Below are positions 10,045 to 19,680 of a DNA stretch of 37,640 nucleotides, one piece after another. The position numbers and the translations under genes are program-made. The stretch spans positions 1 through 37,640 of the IMG/VR virus record IMGVR_UViG_3300049165_000077; one strand, written 5' to 3'. The notes beneath the pieces were generated by a model. That model was not told the origin of the DNA, made no database searches, and was given only the letters and a program-made list of their open reading frames with translations. The stretch comes from a virus (taxonomy: Duplodnaviria; Caudoviricetes). Every line of letters starts with the position of its first letter. Position 1 is the stretch's first letter.

Positions 10045-10683
10045 ATGACGGATCAGCCTGCCATCGCCGACTTCGACTTGGACGCCTGGATCGACGGCGC
10101 CACTGGCATCACGACTACAGCGAGGATCGTCCAACGGGGCGACCTGCTCGCGAAGCGGACCCGGCTCGAAGAGGAACTGAAGATCACCCGCAGGATCGCT
10201 CCTGATGACCGCGGCCTGGACGATCGCACCCCGGAGCAGGTGCAAGCCGATCTCGACAGGGTCAACCGGGAACTGTTCGAGTCGATGCTGGTCGTCACTA
10301 TGCAGGACCGGACCGAAGACCACCGGAAGGCCCTGCGGAAGCGGCTGATCGGAGAGCTCGACCTTGACCTGAAGGACAACCCCGACGACTACGAGACGCT
10401 GTCGATGCATGTGGTGGCGGAGTCCATCATCCGTGTCGAAACCGCCGACGGCAGAGAGATCCCGCTCGGTCCCGGTGGTTTCGGCGGGCAGCGGCTGGCG
10501 GCAATCCAGGAGAAATGCGGGAACGCCGCCACGATCGAGCTGTACCAGCGGTACAAGGAGATGACGTCGACGGCGCCGGCGGTGCAGGCCCCTTTGTCGC
10601 GCGGCTCCTCCTCGACCCGAGGTGGAGCCACATCGCGGTCGAAGTCCGGACAGCGCGCGCGTGGAGCGTCCCCCCGCGAGTAA
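10045..10683 (+). CDS. tail assembly chaperone (G)
   Basis: Between the major tail and tape measure genes; contains a slippery site. Confidence 0.8.
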   Translation: MTDQPAIADFDLDAWIDGATGITTTARIVQRGDLLAKRTRLEEELKITRRIAPDDRGLDDRTPEQVQADLDRVNRELFESMLVVTMQDRTEDHRKALRKRLIGELDLDLKDNPDDYETLSMHVVAESIIRVETADGREIPLGPGGFGGQRLAAIQEKCGNAATIELYQRYKEMTSTAPAVQAPLSRGSSSTRGGATSRSKSGQRARGASPRE

Positions 10684-10973
10684 TCCTCCGCGGAGCCATC
10701 CCGAGTGAGGGTTGGACGTTCACGGACCGGGTCCTTGCTGCTGCTTCCATTCTGGCTGAGGACATGCGCTGCCCTGGCTGTGGGCAGCCGAAACACGAGA
10801 GCTGGAACCCGGACTCTGAGGGCTATTACGAGGTGCATGAGGCCACGTGTCAGGGCTGCGCTGCGATGCGACGTGACAGCGAGAGTGACAGCGAGTTCCA
10901 GCCTGAGAAGAAGCGGTGGCTCATTGATACGCGTCCGCCGGATCAGCCGCTGCGTGAGTGGAGCCCGGCCTAG
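10590..10973 (+). CDS. tail assembly chaperone GT extension via -1 frameshift
   Basis: C-CCT-TTG slippery heptamer at 10590-10596; the -1 frame is open to 10973 (PFVARLLLDP...WTFTDRVLA...CPGCG...CQGC). Confidence 0.8.
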   Translation, partial: PFVARLLLDPRWSHIAVEVRTARAWSVPPRVILRGAIPSEGWTFTDRVLAAASILAEDMRCPGCGQPKHESWNPDSEGYYEVHEATCQGCAAMRRDSESDSEFQPEKKRWLIDTRPPDQPLREWSPA

Positions 10974-11179
10974 AACAGCGGCTGCCCCAGTTGGGTCCGT
11001 CGCCGTTTGACCGTGACCTTGTCGCCGCGGCGGAGGAACCGCTCCGGTTCGATGTCGACGATCTCCCACCCGTCCTTTTCGATCGCCGCTAGCTCTTCGG
11101 CTCGTTTCTTCGCGAACCGCGGGCGTTTGGTCATCGATGCGGGAGTGATGGTGACCGTCGAGAACTCGTAATCGACCAT
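10970..11179 (-). CDS. small reverse-oriented moron, DUF4177-like
   Basis: MVDYEFSTV...LAAIEKDGWEIV...KRRR resembles the YEYK/GWELV signature; CACACT -10 six nt before ATG. Confidence 0.55.
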   Translation of the reverse strand: MVDYEFSTVTITPASMTKRPRFAKKRAEELAAIEKDGWEIVDIEPERFLRRGDKVTVKRRRTQLGQPLF

Positions 11180-11227
11180 CCACACAGTGTGCACGACCAG
11201 GACCAATACCGCTAGAGGGGGTGTCCG

Positions 11228-14200
11228 TTGCCTCCCGTCGAGCGCAGTATGTCAGTCAAGTTGAGCCTGGTCGTTGGGGACTATGTCCAGAACGCCAACA
11301 AGGCCGCGAACGCCACCCGGTCGATTGCTGACGCCGCAGGCCAACTCGGTCCAGCCCAACAGGCCATGCAGGGACTGCAGCGCGTCGGCGCCGATCTCGG
11401 GGCGACACTCGGCGCGATCGGGGCCGTGGGCCTGGGGACCCTCGCGGGCATGACCACCCAGGCCATTTCGGCTGGTGTCGCCTACAACTCGCTGCAGCAG
11501 ACCGCCGGCAGTGCCCTGGAGACCCTACTGGGGTCGGCTGAGGCGGCCACTGCGCAGATGGAGGAACTAGCGGCGTTCGCGCGAACGTCCCCGTTCCCTC
11601 GGCAGATGTGGATTGAGGCGCAGCAGACACTCATCGGTTTCGGTGTCGAAGCCGAGAAGGTCATTCCGACGTTCCAGTCCCTCCAGGACGGTGTTGTCGC
11701 GGTGGGCGGATCGGCACAGTCGATCCAGGAAGTCGTGCTCATCCTCGCGAAACTGTCCTCCACGGGGAAGATCACTGGAGAGGACCTCAACCAGCTCGCA
11801 GAGCGCGGCATCGATGCCGCGACCCTTGTCGGGGAGGCCTGGGGCCTGACCGCGGCCGACATCCGCGAGAGCATTTCCGCCGGGACGGTCGACGCCGGCG
11901 AGTTCATGGACACCTTGGTCTCCCAGATGGGCACCAAGTATGCGGGCGCCGCGGAAGGTCTGCGTGAGACGTGGGTCGGTGCGACGGACCGTATCAAAGG
12001 CGCGATGCGAGACGTCGGCTCTGCTATCGCTGAACCGTTCATTGACCCCGATGGGGGTGGTGCGGCGGTCCAGTGGGCTAACGATGCGGCGGATGCGCTC
12101 AGGGCGTTCGAGTCGGTGCTGCGCCCGGCGATTGCGGTCTTGTCCGAGAAGGCCGAACCCGCGTTCGTTCGCGCCAGTGAGGCGATGCAGCGATTCTCCG
12201 ATGTCATTGCCGACATCGACATCGTCGCGATCCTGGATTCGCTCTCGGCTGGTGCACCGGTGTTGACCGCGTTCGGCGCTGCCGCCGCGGCGGCAGGGTC
12301 GGCATCGGCGTTGTCGGCCATCGGCATGGGCGGCCTGGCCGCCTCGATCAACCCCGTGGCTGCGGGGGTCCTCGGTCTCGCCGCGGCCTCCCCCGTGTTC
12401 CGGGACGCCTTGATGGACCTGCTGTCCGCCGTCGCCCCGCTGATTCCGCAGCTCGCGGCGCTGGCCGTTCAGATCGGTGAGGGATTGACGCTCGCGATCA
12501 ATTCCTTGATGCCGTTCGTGGAGGTCGCGATCGGCCTGGTCGGCGGCATGGTCTCCATGTTCAGTGCCCTCCCGGCCCCGATCCAGCAGGCTGCGCTCGC
12601 GGTCGGTGCGTTCGCGTTGGCGCTGAAAAAGCTGGGTCCAGTCGGGATCGTCCTGACTGGTATCGGTTTCATCGCCACGGCGGTCTCCAGCCTTGCCGGA
12701 GAGTCCGAGGAAGCGTCCGTGGACGTGAACACGCTCGCGGAGGACTTGAAGAACCTGCAGATCCTTGGGCGGACGTTCAAGATCCAGGAAGCTGACTTCT
12801 CTGGCATCACTGGGCCCCTGCGCGAAGCGATGGACCTGATCGAACTCAGTTCCGAGCGAGGCGGCTGGGCCGACCTGACGGAAACCGGCAAGGAGTACGT
12901 CGAAGTTCTTGACGGCGCCGTCTGGGTTACCAGGGAAATGGCCGATGAGCAGGGGAACTTGTCGAATCTGGTCCGGCAAGGGAGCGGCGACGCGGAAGCG
13001 TTCACGAGCGCAGTCGACACTCTCGACAAAGCGTTGGCGCAGCTGGTCGTCGAGGGCATGGACTCGAGCGAGGCCTTGCTGTTGGTGGGGCGAGCGACTG
13101 GGTTGTCGCAGGATGAGCTTGCTCTGATTCTGCCGCTGATGGATGAGTATGCGGCTGAGGCGGAGAAGCAGGGTGCCGCTAACGAGCAGGCTGCTTCAGC
13201 GCAGGAGGAGTTTACGGCCAAGGTCGGCGCGTCCGTCGCTGCGCTTCAGGAACTCGCTGACGAGCTCCGTGCACAGGTCGACCCGGTGTTCGCCGCGGTG
13301 CGTGCCATGCAGGCGTATGAGGACGCGCAGACCGCCTACAACGAGGCCGTGGACGAGCACGGTGCCTCGTCTGAGGAAGCTATCGAAGCTGAGATGGCGC
13401 TCGTTGAGGCTTATCTGGCTGCTGCTGCCGCGGCAGGTGAGATGGCGAAGGCGACGGGTGGTGACCTGCCTCCTGAGCTGCTGCACGCAGCGGAGGCGGC
13501 CGGGCTCGGAGCGGAAGCGATCGCACTGCTTGAGGAACAGTTCTTCGCGACCCGTGACGCCGGCCAACAGATGGGCAACGACCTCGCGAACGTGAACGCT
13601 GACCTGACGACGGACACGGGCCGTATGGCTGCCCAGAACGGCCTGGAACTGGCTGGTATGGAAGCCGACTACGCCGCGTTCGTTCTCGCGTCGAAGGCGT
13701 CTGTTGATGCGCTGATGGCGTCGGGTATGTCGTATTCGGAGGCGATTGCGTTCGTCGCCGCGAACTCGAACCGTTCCACCTCGGAGATCGAGGGCGGATT
13801 TGAAGACGCTCGGGAAGCTGGTCTGGAGTTCTCCGACGAGTACCCCGCGAAAGTCACGTTGTCTGGCGATCAAGCGGTGATCGACCGGGCGAAAGCGGTG
13901 AAGCGGTGGCTGGAGGGCCTCCAGCGGACGGTGACGATCTCGTTTAACTACACCTCCAACGGCGACTGGCGGGACTTCCTTCCCCGCGGGGGCGCATCAG
14001 TCCCCTACTCCACTGGTGGTCCTGTTGGTGGGCCGCTGGGAGCCGGGGATGTGGTCCCGGCGGTGTTGACGCCTGGCGAGCACGTGTGGACGCGGGCTGA
14101 GGTTGATGCGGCTGGCGGGCATGACGCTATAGAGGCGATGCGGTCCGCGGTCCTGGCCGGGCAGACGAGGTTCGCACAGTCCGGGTCTGTGGGCATGTCG

Positions 14201-14320
14201 CACTCGGCGCCGAGTACACGTGCAGGCATCACGGTCAACAACTTGAACATTGAGGCGGTCAACGAGCGTTTCGATTTGCGGCAGGTCACGAACGAGCTCG
14301 AGTGGGCGGGAGCGGTGTAG
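11228..14320 (+). CDS. tape measure protein
   Basis: 1030 aa Ala-rich helical protein; tape-measure domain (FARTSPF...GKITGEDLNQLAERGI); C-terminal GDVVPAVLTPGEHV. Confidence 0.95.
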   Translation: MPPVERSMSVKLSLVVGDYVQNANKAANATRSIADAAGQLGPAQQAMQGLQRVGADLGATLGAIGAVGLGTLAGMTTQAISAGVAYNSLQQTAGSALETLLGSAEAATAQMEELAAFARTSPFPRQMWIEAQQTLIGFGVEAEKVIPTFQSLQDGVVAVGGSAQSIQEVVLILAKLSSTGKITGEDLNQLAERGIDAATLVGEAWGLTAADIRESISAGTVDAGEFMDTLVSQMGTKYAGAAEGLRETWVGATDRIKGAMRDVGSAIAEPFIDPDGGGAAVQWANDAADALRAFESVLRPAIAVLSEKAEPAFVRASEAMQRFSDVIADIDIVAILDSLSAGAPVLTAFGAAAAAAGSASALSAIGMGGLAASINPVAAGVLGLAAASPVFRDALMDLLSAVAPLIPQLAALAVQIGEGLTLAINSLMPFVEVAIGLVGGMVSMFSALPAPIQQAALAVGAFALALKKLGPVGIVLTGIGFIATAVSSLAGESEEASVDVNTLAEDLKNLQILGRTFKIQEADFSGITGPLREAMDLIELSSERGGWADLTETGKEYVEVLDGAVWVTREMADEQGNLSNLVRQGSGDAEAFTSAVDTLDKALAQLVVEGMDSSEALLLVGRATGLSQDELALILPLMDEYAAEAEKQGAANEQAASAQEEFTAKVGASVAALQELADELRAQVDPVFAAVRAMQAYEDAQTAYNEAVDEHGASSEEAIEAEMALVEAYLAAAAAAGEMAKATGGDLPPELLHAAEAAGLGAEAIALLEEQFFATRDAGQQMGNDLANVNADLTTDTGRMAAQNGLELAGMEADYAAFVLASKASVDALMASGMSYSEAIAFVAANSNRSTSEIEGGFEDAREAGLEFSDEYPAKVTLSGDQAVIDRAKAVKRWLEGLQRTVTISFNYTSNGDWRDFLPRGGASVPYSTGGPVGGPLGAGDVVPAVLTPGEHVWTRAEVDAAGGHDAIEAMRSAVLAGQTRFAQSGSVGMSHSAPSTRAGITVNNLNIEAVNERFDLRQVTNELEWAGAV

Positions 14321-15871
14321 ATGGCCCTGCTGGCTGACCAAGTTGAGATTCGCCGGTCCGGTTCGACGCTGTTGATGGGCCCAGGGACTGCGTATACGGT
14401 CCTGCCTGGATGGGATCCGTGGTCGAGGTCGATCCGTACTCCGCAGACTGTGGAACGCCCCTATGCGCATGGGTCTTTGGTTGGGGCGGAGTGGACTGAC
14501 GCTGCGACGGTCCTGATTCCGGTATCCATCAACCGGTTGGGTGGGACTAAGGCGTCATGGCTGGCGGCGCATCAGCAGTTGATGTTGGCGTTCTCGGCGG
14601 TAGGCGCTTCGGGCGAGATGGTGGAGCTCCGGTTCGAGTGGGGCGGGACCGAATTTCTGATGTTCGGTCGCCCTGCCCAAGTGCGGGTTTCCACCGACAA
14701 CCTGTCGGTGGGTAAGAGCGTGGAGCAGTGCGCGTTTATCGCGCCTGACCCTCGGATCTACGCCTCTGACCTCACGTCGCAGTCCACTGGTCTGCCGGTG
14801 CAGCGTGGCGGGTTGACGATCCCGGCGCGGGTGGCGACGACACAGCTGCAGCTGACCGGCGTGTCAGGTTCCTATTCCTCGACTCCGAACCATGCGTCGC
14901 TGCAAATCACTTCGGACTTGGATCTGCGGGTTGACGCTGACTTGCCGTCTTGGGCTGCTGGAGTTGACCAGACGTTGCTGGCGCGGTACGTGACCACCGG
15001 GAACCAGCGGTCATACCGGCTGCGGTTGAACTCGACGGGGACGATGCGGTTCACGTGGTCGCCGGATGGCACTGCCCTGCTGAACGCGGACTCGACGGCC
15101 ACGGTCCCGGTCACGGCCGGCCGGTTGGCGGTGCGGGCGACGATCGACGTGGACAACGGGTCGGCTCAGCGGGTGGTGACGTTCTATACGGCGCCGTCGA
15201 TTGCGGGGCCGTGGACGCAGTTGGGGACGAACACGCCTGTTGCTGGGGTGACGTCAATTCATGCGGGGACTGCCCCGTTGGAGGTCGGTTCGGTCGACAA
15301 CGGTACTGCGGTGCTGACCACGGGGAACATTCTTGCGGCGCAGGTGTATTCGGGTATCGCGGGGACGCTGGTTGCGAACCCTGATTTCACGTCGCGTACG
15401 CCGTGGGTGACGTCGTTCGCGGATTCCACATCGAAGACGTGGACGGTGAACGGGACGGCGAAGATCCGGCCTCGGACGTTCCGGGGCGGGTTGACCCTTC
15501 CGATGGTCATCCCGGGCCGTCTGGCTGGTGGGGCGTTGTCGTTCACGAACGCGGGGACGACGGCGGCGCCGCTGGTGCTGCGGATTGATGGCCCGGTGGT
15601 GGAGCCGTGGGTGCTGGTCCGCCGCCCCGATGGGACCACTCAAAGCGTCCGGTTCGATCTGGAGCTGGCTGAGGGCCAGTGGATCACGGTCGACTCAATC
15701 TCGCGGCAGGCGCTGCTGAACGACGATCCGGCGTCGAACCAGCGGGGCCGGGCGACGTGGGACATGGACGCCTACCCGCTCCTGCCTGGCGTTTCTACGG
15801 TCCGCTTCGGCGGCGGGGAGTACAACACGGACGCGCAGCTGACCATGTCCGCCCGTTCCGCCTGGCTCTGA
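14321..15871 (+). CDS. distal tail protein (Dit) with inserted carbohydrate-binding/LamG-like module
   Basis: Follows TMP; FIAPDPRIY N-part and GLTLPM...NAGTTAAP...IDGPV C-part bracket a ~220 aa beta-rich insert. Confidence 0.75.
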   Translation: MALLADQVEIRRSGSTLLMGPGTAYTVLPGWDPWSRSIRTPQTVERPYAHGSLVGAEWTDAATVLIPVSINRLGGTKASWLAAHQQLMLAFSAVGASGEMVELRFEWGGTEFLMFGRPAQVRVSTDNLSVGKSVEQCAFIAPDPRIYASDLTSQSTGLPVQRGGLTIPARVATTQLQLTGVSGSYSSTPNHASLQITSDLDLRVDADLPSWAAGVDQTLLARYVTTGNQRSYRLRLNSTGTMRFTWSPDGTALLNADSTATVPVTAGRLAVRATIDVDNGSAQRVVTFYTAPSIAGPWTQLGTNTPVAGVTSIHAGTAPLEVGSVDNGTAVLTTGNILAAQVYSGIAGTLVANPDFTSRTPWVTSFADSTSKTWTVNGTAKIRPRTFRGGLTLPMVIPGRLAGGALSFTNAGTTAAPLVLRIDGPVVEPWVLVRRPDGTTQSVRFDLELAEGQWITVDSISRQALLNDDPASNQRGRATWDMDAYPLLPGVSTVRFGGGEYNTDAQLTMSARSAWL

Positions 15872-15916
15872 CGCCTTTCTTCTTCACCGACTTTCAACAG
15901 AACATGGGGGTGTCCT

Positions 15917-17239
15917 GTGCCCAATATCGCGGGCTGGATGAACACCGGCGGAACCACACTGCTGGGTACGGCGACGATCGCCACGAACGGCACTATCACC
16001 CTTGCCGCGCACGGTCTCGCCACGGGCGACATCGTGGAGTTCACCGCCACGTCTGGTGGAGCTATTGGTGTGCTGGTGGACGGCGCGGAGTACTACGTCC
16101 GCAACCCGGTCACGAACTCGTTCCAGGTGAGCGATACGCCTGGCGGGGAGTTGATTACGTTCGCGTCGACGGGTGGTGCGGAGGTCCGCCCTGCATCCCC
16201 GTCCTACGCGGCTTCCGATTGGCGCCGCCTTGGCGCGATCAACGCGCATCCTGCGTCGGCGGACCGGTGGGGTGCCCGGACTGGGGTGCGACCGCATTCG
16301 ACTGCGGCCGTGACGTTGTCGGGTACGACGTGGACAGTCGCGGAGACCCTCGCGTGGATGTACCCGCGGGAGACCTCCACTTCGGGCCCGTACCCGGTGG
16401 CGATCGAACGGACCGAAGGGACGCTGACGGCCGCCGATGGCTCCAACCCGCGGCTTGACGCCCTGGACGTATACATCCAGGACGACGACGAGGACGGGTC
16501 CGTTCAGCGGCGCGTCCCTCCGGTGCTGTACACGGCTGGGGCCCCGGCGTCGTCCCCCACCGCTCCGACACTGCTGCCGGGCCGGTTGCGGTTGGCGACG
16601 ATCCTCGTCCCCGCAGGAGGGTCACCGGCGCCTTCGATTCAGACTCCCGCCCAGTTCTATGGGGGCCCCGGCATCCTCATCGCTCGCAACTCGACCGAGC
16701 TGCCGTCGACGGGTATGCCCGAGGGCGCCTATGTGGACCGGTGGGACACCGACACGCTGTACCGGTGGGACGGGGCCGCGCTCCAACCCGTAGCCTCCCA
16801 GGCCGCCTACAACTACTGGCTAGCTACGACCGGCGGTTCTGCCGTCACGAACTGGACCGCCTATACGCCGACGTGGACCGGCATCGGGTCGGCGACGTTC
16901 GCGAGCAACGTCGGACGCTGGATGCGGACTGGACCGAAAGCGGTCGAGTTCAAATTCCATGCGGTTATCTCTACGGCCGGTTCAGGGTCTTCGGTCGTCC
17001 AGATGACGGCCCCGTTCGCCCCATCGCGGGTGATGAACCAAACCGGGGGCCTCCACGTGAAGGGATCCCCGACTCCGGCGCTGCGTGACGGGCTTTGGGA
17101 GTCATTCACTACCGGTACCGGTACGACGCTGGACCGGGTGCTGATGGACAACGGCCTGGGTTCCGTCTCGAACATCGTCGGCAGTGACTTGGTGGCCGGC
17201 CTGGCGATCGTCGGCGGCGGCACCATCATGGAGGCCTAG
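15917..17239 (+). CDS. minor tail / baseplate protein
   Basis: AADGSNPRLD...GAPASSPTAPTL...LATILVPAG baseplate motif; C-terminal WTAYTPTWT fibre-like domain. Confidence 0.75.
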   Translation: MPNIAGWMNTGGTTLLGTATIATNGTITLAAHGLATGDIVEFTATSGGAIGVLVDGAEYYVRNPVTNSFQVSDTPGGELITFASTGGAEVRPASPSYAASDWRRLGAINAHPASADRWGARTGVRPHSTAAVTLSGTTWTVAETLAWMYPRETSTSGPYPVAIERTEGTLTAADGSNPRLDALDVYIQDDDEDGSVQRRVPPVLYTAGAPASSPTAPTLLPGRLRLATILVPAGGSPAPSIQTPAQFYGGPGILIARNSTELPSTGMPEGAYVDRWDTDTLYRWDGAALQPVASQAAYNYWLATTGGSAVTNWTAYTPTWTGIGSATFASNVGRWMRTGPKAVEFKFHAVISTAGSGSSVVQMTAPFAPSRVMNQTGGLHVKGSPTPALRDGLWESFTTGTGTTLDRVLMDNGLGSVSNIVGSDLVAGLAIVGGGTIMEA

Positions 17240-19680
17240 TGGCTGCCGTGTCGCTCACTGTCGGTGCGGTGGGGCCGAGCAGTGCCCGCGTGGTCGCGCG
17301 GATCGCCGGTTCCACTGCCCGGCTCGCGGTCTCGGAGCAGTCGGACCTGTCGCAACCGACCTGGTTCACGCCTGATGGTGTCTCGTCGGATGGGGCGCAC
17401 CGGTTCTCGGTTACAGGGCTGTCCGCGACGACGCAGTACTACTTCGGGGTCGAGGACAACGGCGTCCTGGACACGGCCACGAAGGGGAAGTTCCGCACGC
17501 ACGCCCCGGTGGGGACGCCCTGGTCGCACACGGTGGCGACGATCGGCGACGCCGGTCTCGCCCCCGTCTACCCCGGGTCGGGCACGGAACTGGTCCCGAC
17601 CAGGATCTCGAACGCCCCCACATTCGACACAGTCCGGGCCTCCAACCCGGACCTGGTCTGCCACTTGGGCGACATCGCCTACTACGACCTCGGCACCGGC
17701 GACCACGGCGTCGTCGGCGGCGGTTCGCTCGACAACTACCGTCGTCTCTACACCGACATCTTCGCGCAGTCCCGTCAGCACCAGCTGTACCGCGAGGTCC
17801 CATTCCAGTACATGTGGGACAACCACGACTACGGATACACCGGTGTGTTCAGCGACGGCCTGCACGTCGGCAAAGCCGCTGCAGCGCAGGCGTACCGAGA
17901 GCGGGTCGCGCACTACCCGACCCCTGAACCCTCCGGCTCGACGTACCAGTCGTGGCAGATGGGCCGCGTCCTCTACGTCCTCTCCGACACGCGGTACAAC
18001 CGCTCCGACGGCGCCGAGGTCGACAGCCCCACCAAGACCATCCTCGGCGAGTCCCAGAAGCAGTGGTTCAAGAGCCTCCTGCAGACCACGACCGCTGAGG
18101 CGCTGGTGTGGCTGATGCCCACACCGTGGCTGCACACCTCCCTCTCCGGCCACAACTGGGGCAGTTTCACGTACGAACGTGACGAGCTCGCCCAGTTCCT
18201 CTCCACGACCCCCGTACCCGCCTCGGGCGGGACGCGCATGTGGAACCAGTCGATGGTCCAAGTGACCGCCGACATCCACTCACTCGGCTTGTGCTCACCG
18301 AGTTTCAACCCGTTCGGCGGGTTCCCGGTCATGCTGTGCGCCTCCATCGACGCGACCCCTAGTGGTGACACGACCTTCTACGACCTGGGATACCAACCGG
18401 GCCGGGACCAGTGGGGCACTGTCGGCGTCGTCGATGACGGCGACCAGATCAGCATCTCCCTCACGGGTTGGGCCGGGTCGTCCCCGTGGGGTTCGCAGTC
18501 GATCGTCGTCACCACCGCCGCACCGCCCGATCCGCTCCCGCCGGCACCGCCGGCCATCGCCGTCCCGGTCATCCGCCAGTCCGTGACCTGGCTGGGCGTG
18601 CATCAGACCACCGGTCAGATCATCGCTGAAATCCCCGACATCGCTGGGCAGCCCAACCGGCAGTTGAGTGCCTACGCGAACGCGACCATGTCGATCCCGT
18701 TGACGGACGGCAGTAACGCGCATGTCCCGATCCAGCAGATCCGGGCCTGCACTGACGGTGCTTCGGCGGCGCTGGTGTGCGTCATCAACGACTTGCCGAT
18801 GTGGATGGGTATCCCCACGGACCGGATCGCGGGTTCGGACTCGACCATGTCGGTGCCGACGTGCACGCCTGAGGGGTATTGGGTGAAGCGCCGCGTCCGG
18901 GACCTGTCGTTCCCTGGCGTGGACCGGGCGCAGGTCGCGTACCAGGTGGCGTTGCAGGCCGAAGCCCTCGACGGCCAGTGGCAGGGGCTTGGGCTCGAGT
19001 ACGACGTTGAGCTGACCGGTGAACTGATCGACATCGAGTACAAGGCGACGGACCGGACCACGGTGTATGACGCGATGCGTGCTCTGTGCGAGCAGGGCCT
19101 GGAGTTCGAGATCGCCCTGGACTGGGCTGACGCCTCCATGACCCGCGTGGTGAAGGTTGCGCGGATCAAACGCCGGATCGGCCGAGTGACCGGGACCCCG
19201 GCGGCGATGTTCGACACTGATGCGGGGTCGGCGACGGGGTACCGGGAGAAACGCTCCTGGCAGTCGAGTGTGTACGCCAACCATGTCGTGGCGATCGGTC
19301 CTGGTCAGGGTGATTCGCAGCCTGCTTCTGATGCCGCTATCGACACGGCCCCGCTGACCAGTGGGGCTCCGGTGGTGGAAATGGTGATCGAACCGGGCAA
19401 CAACATCACCGATCCCGCCCTCTTGTTCACGCACGCGTCGTCCCGGTTGCAGGCCGTGAAAGGCGGCGCGACGGTCCTGGAGATCGACGCAGTGTTGGCG
19501 TCGTATCCGCGGCTGGGCGTGGACTGCCTGCTGGGTGACATGGTCTCACACCGTCTGACCGGGCCCGGGAACATCGACGCCCCACTGGTGGGCGAGCGGC
19601 GCATGGTCGGCTGGTCCGCTGACCCGAAAGCCGGGACGTGGACACCGCGGCTGATGGCTGACCCTGAACTGGAGGCGTGA
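17239..19680 (+). CDS. PhoD/purple-acid-phosphatase-like metallophosphoesterase fused to baseplate hub (Gp37-like/Tal) minor tail protein
   Basis: FnIII-like start (GLSATTQYYF); GDAG, HLGDIAYYD, WDNHDY, DTRYNRS, LGESQKQW and ADIH motifs; Pro linker; then TGQIIAEIP...WMGIPTDR...GLEFEI...ANHVVAIG...LGDMV hub domain. Confidence 0.8.
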   Translation: MAAVSLTVGAVGPSSARVVARIAGSTARLAVSEQSDLSQPTWFTPDGVSSDGAHRFSVTGLSATTQYYFGVEDNGVLDTATKGKFRTHAPVGTPWSHTVATIGDAGLAPVYPGSGTELVPTRISNAPTFDTVRASNPDLVCHLGDIAYYDLGTGDHGVVGGGSLDNYRRLYTDIFAQSRQHQLYREVPFQYMWDNHDYGYTGVFSDGLHVGKAAAAQAYRERVAHYPTPEPSGSTYQSWQMGRVLYVLSDTRYNRSDGAEVDSPTKTILGESQKQWFKSLLQTTTAEALVWLMPTPWLHTSLSGHNWGSFTYERDELAQFLSTTPVPASGGTRMWNQSMVQVTADIHSLGLCSPSFNPFGGFPVMLCASIDATPSGDTTFYDLGYQPGRDQWGTVGVVDDGDQISISLTGWAGSSPWGSQSIVVTTAAPPDPLPPAPPAIAVPVIRQSVTWLGVHQTTGQIIAEIPDIAGQPNRQLSAYANATMSIPLTDGSNAHVPIQQIRACTDGASAALVCVINDLPMWMGIPTDRIAGSDSTMSVPTCTPEGYWVKRRVRDLSFPGVDRAQVAYQVALQAEALDGQWQGLGLEYDVELTGELIDIEYKATDRTTVYDAMRALCEQGLEFEIALDWADASMTRVVKVARIKRRIGRVTGTPAAMFDTDAGSATGYREKRSWQSSVYANHVVAIGPGQGDSQPASDAAIDTAPLTSGAPVVEMVIEPGNNITDPALLFTHASSRLQAVKGGATVLEIDAVLASYPRLGVDCLLGDMVSHRLTGPGNIDAPLVGERRMVGWSADPKAGTWTPRLMADPELEA

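Noticed and set aside
17239-18515. PhoD as a phosphate-scavenging auxiliary metabolic gene
   Set aside because: No export signal, fused to a tail hub domain and embedded in the late tail operon
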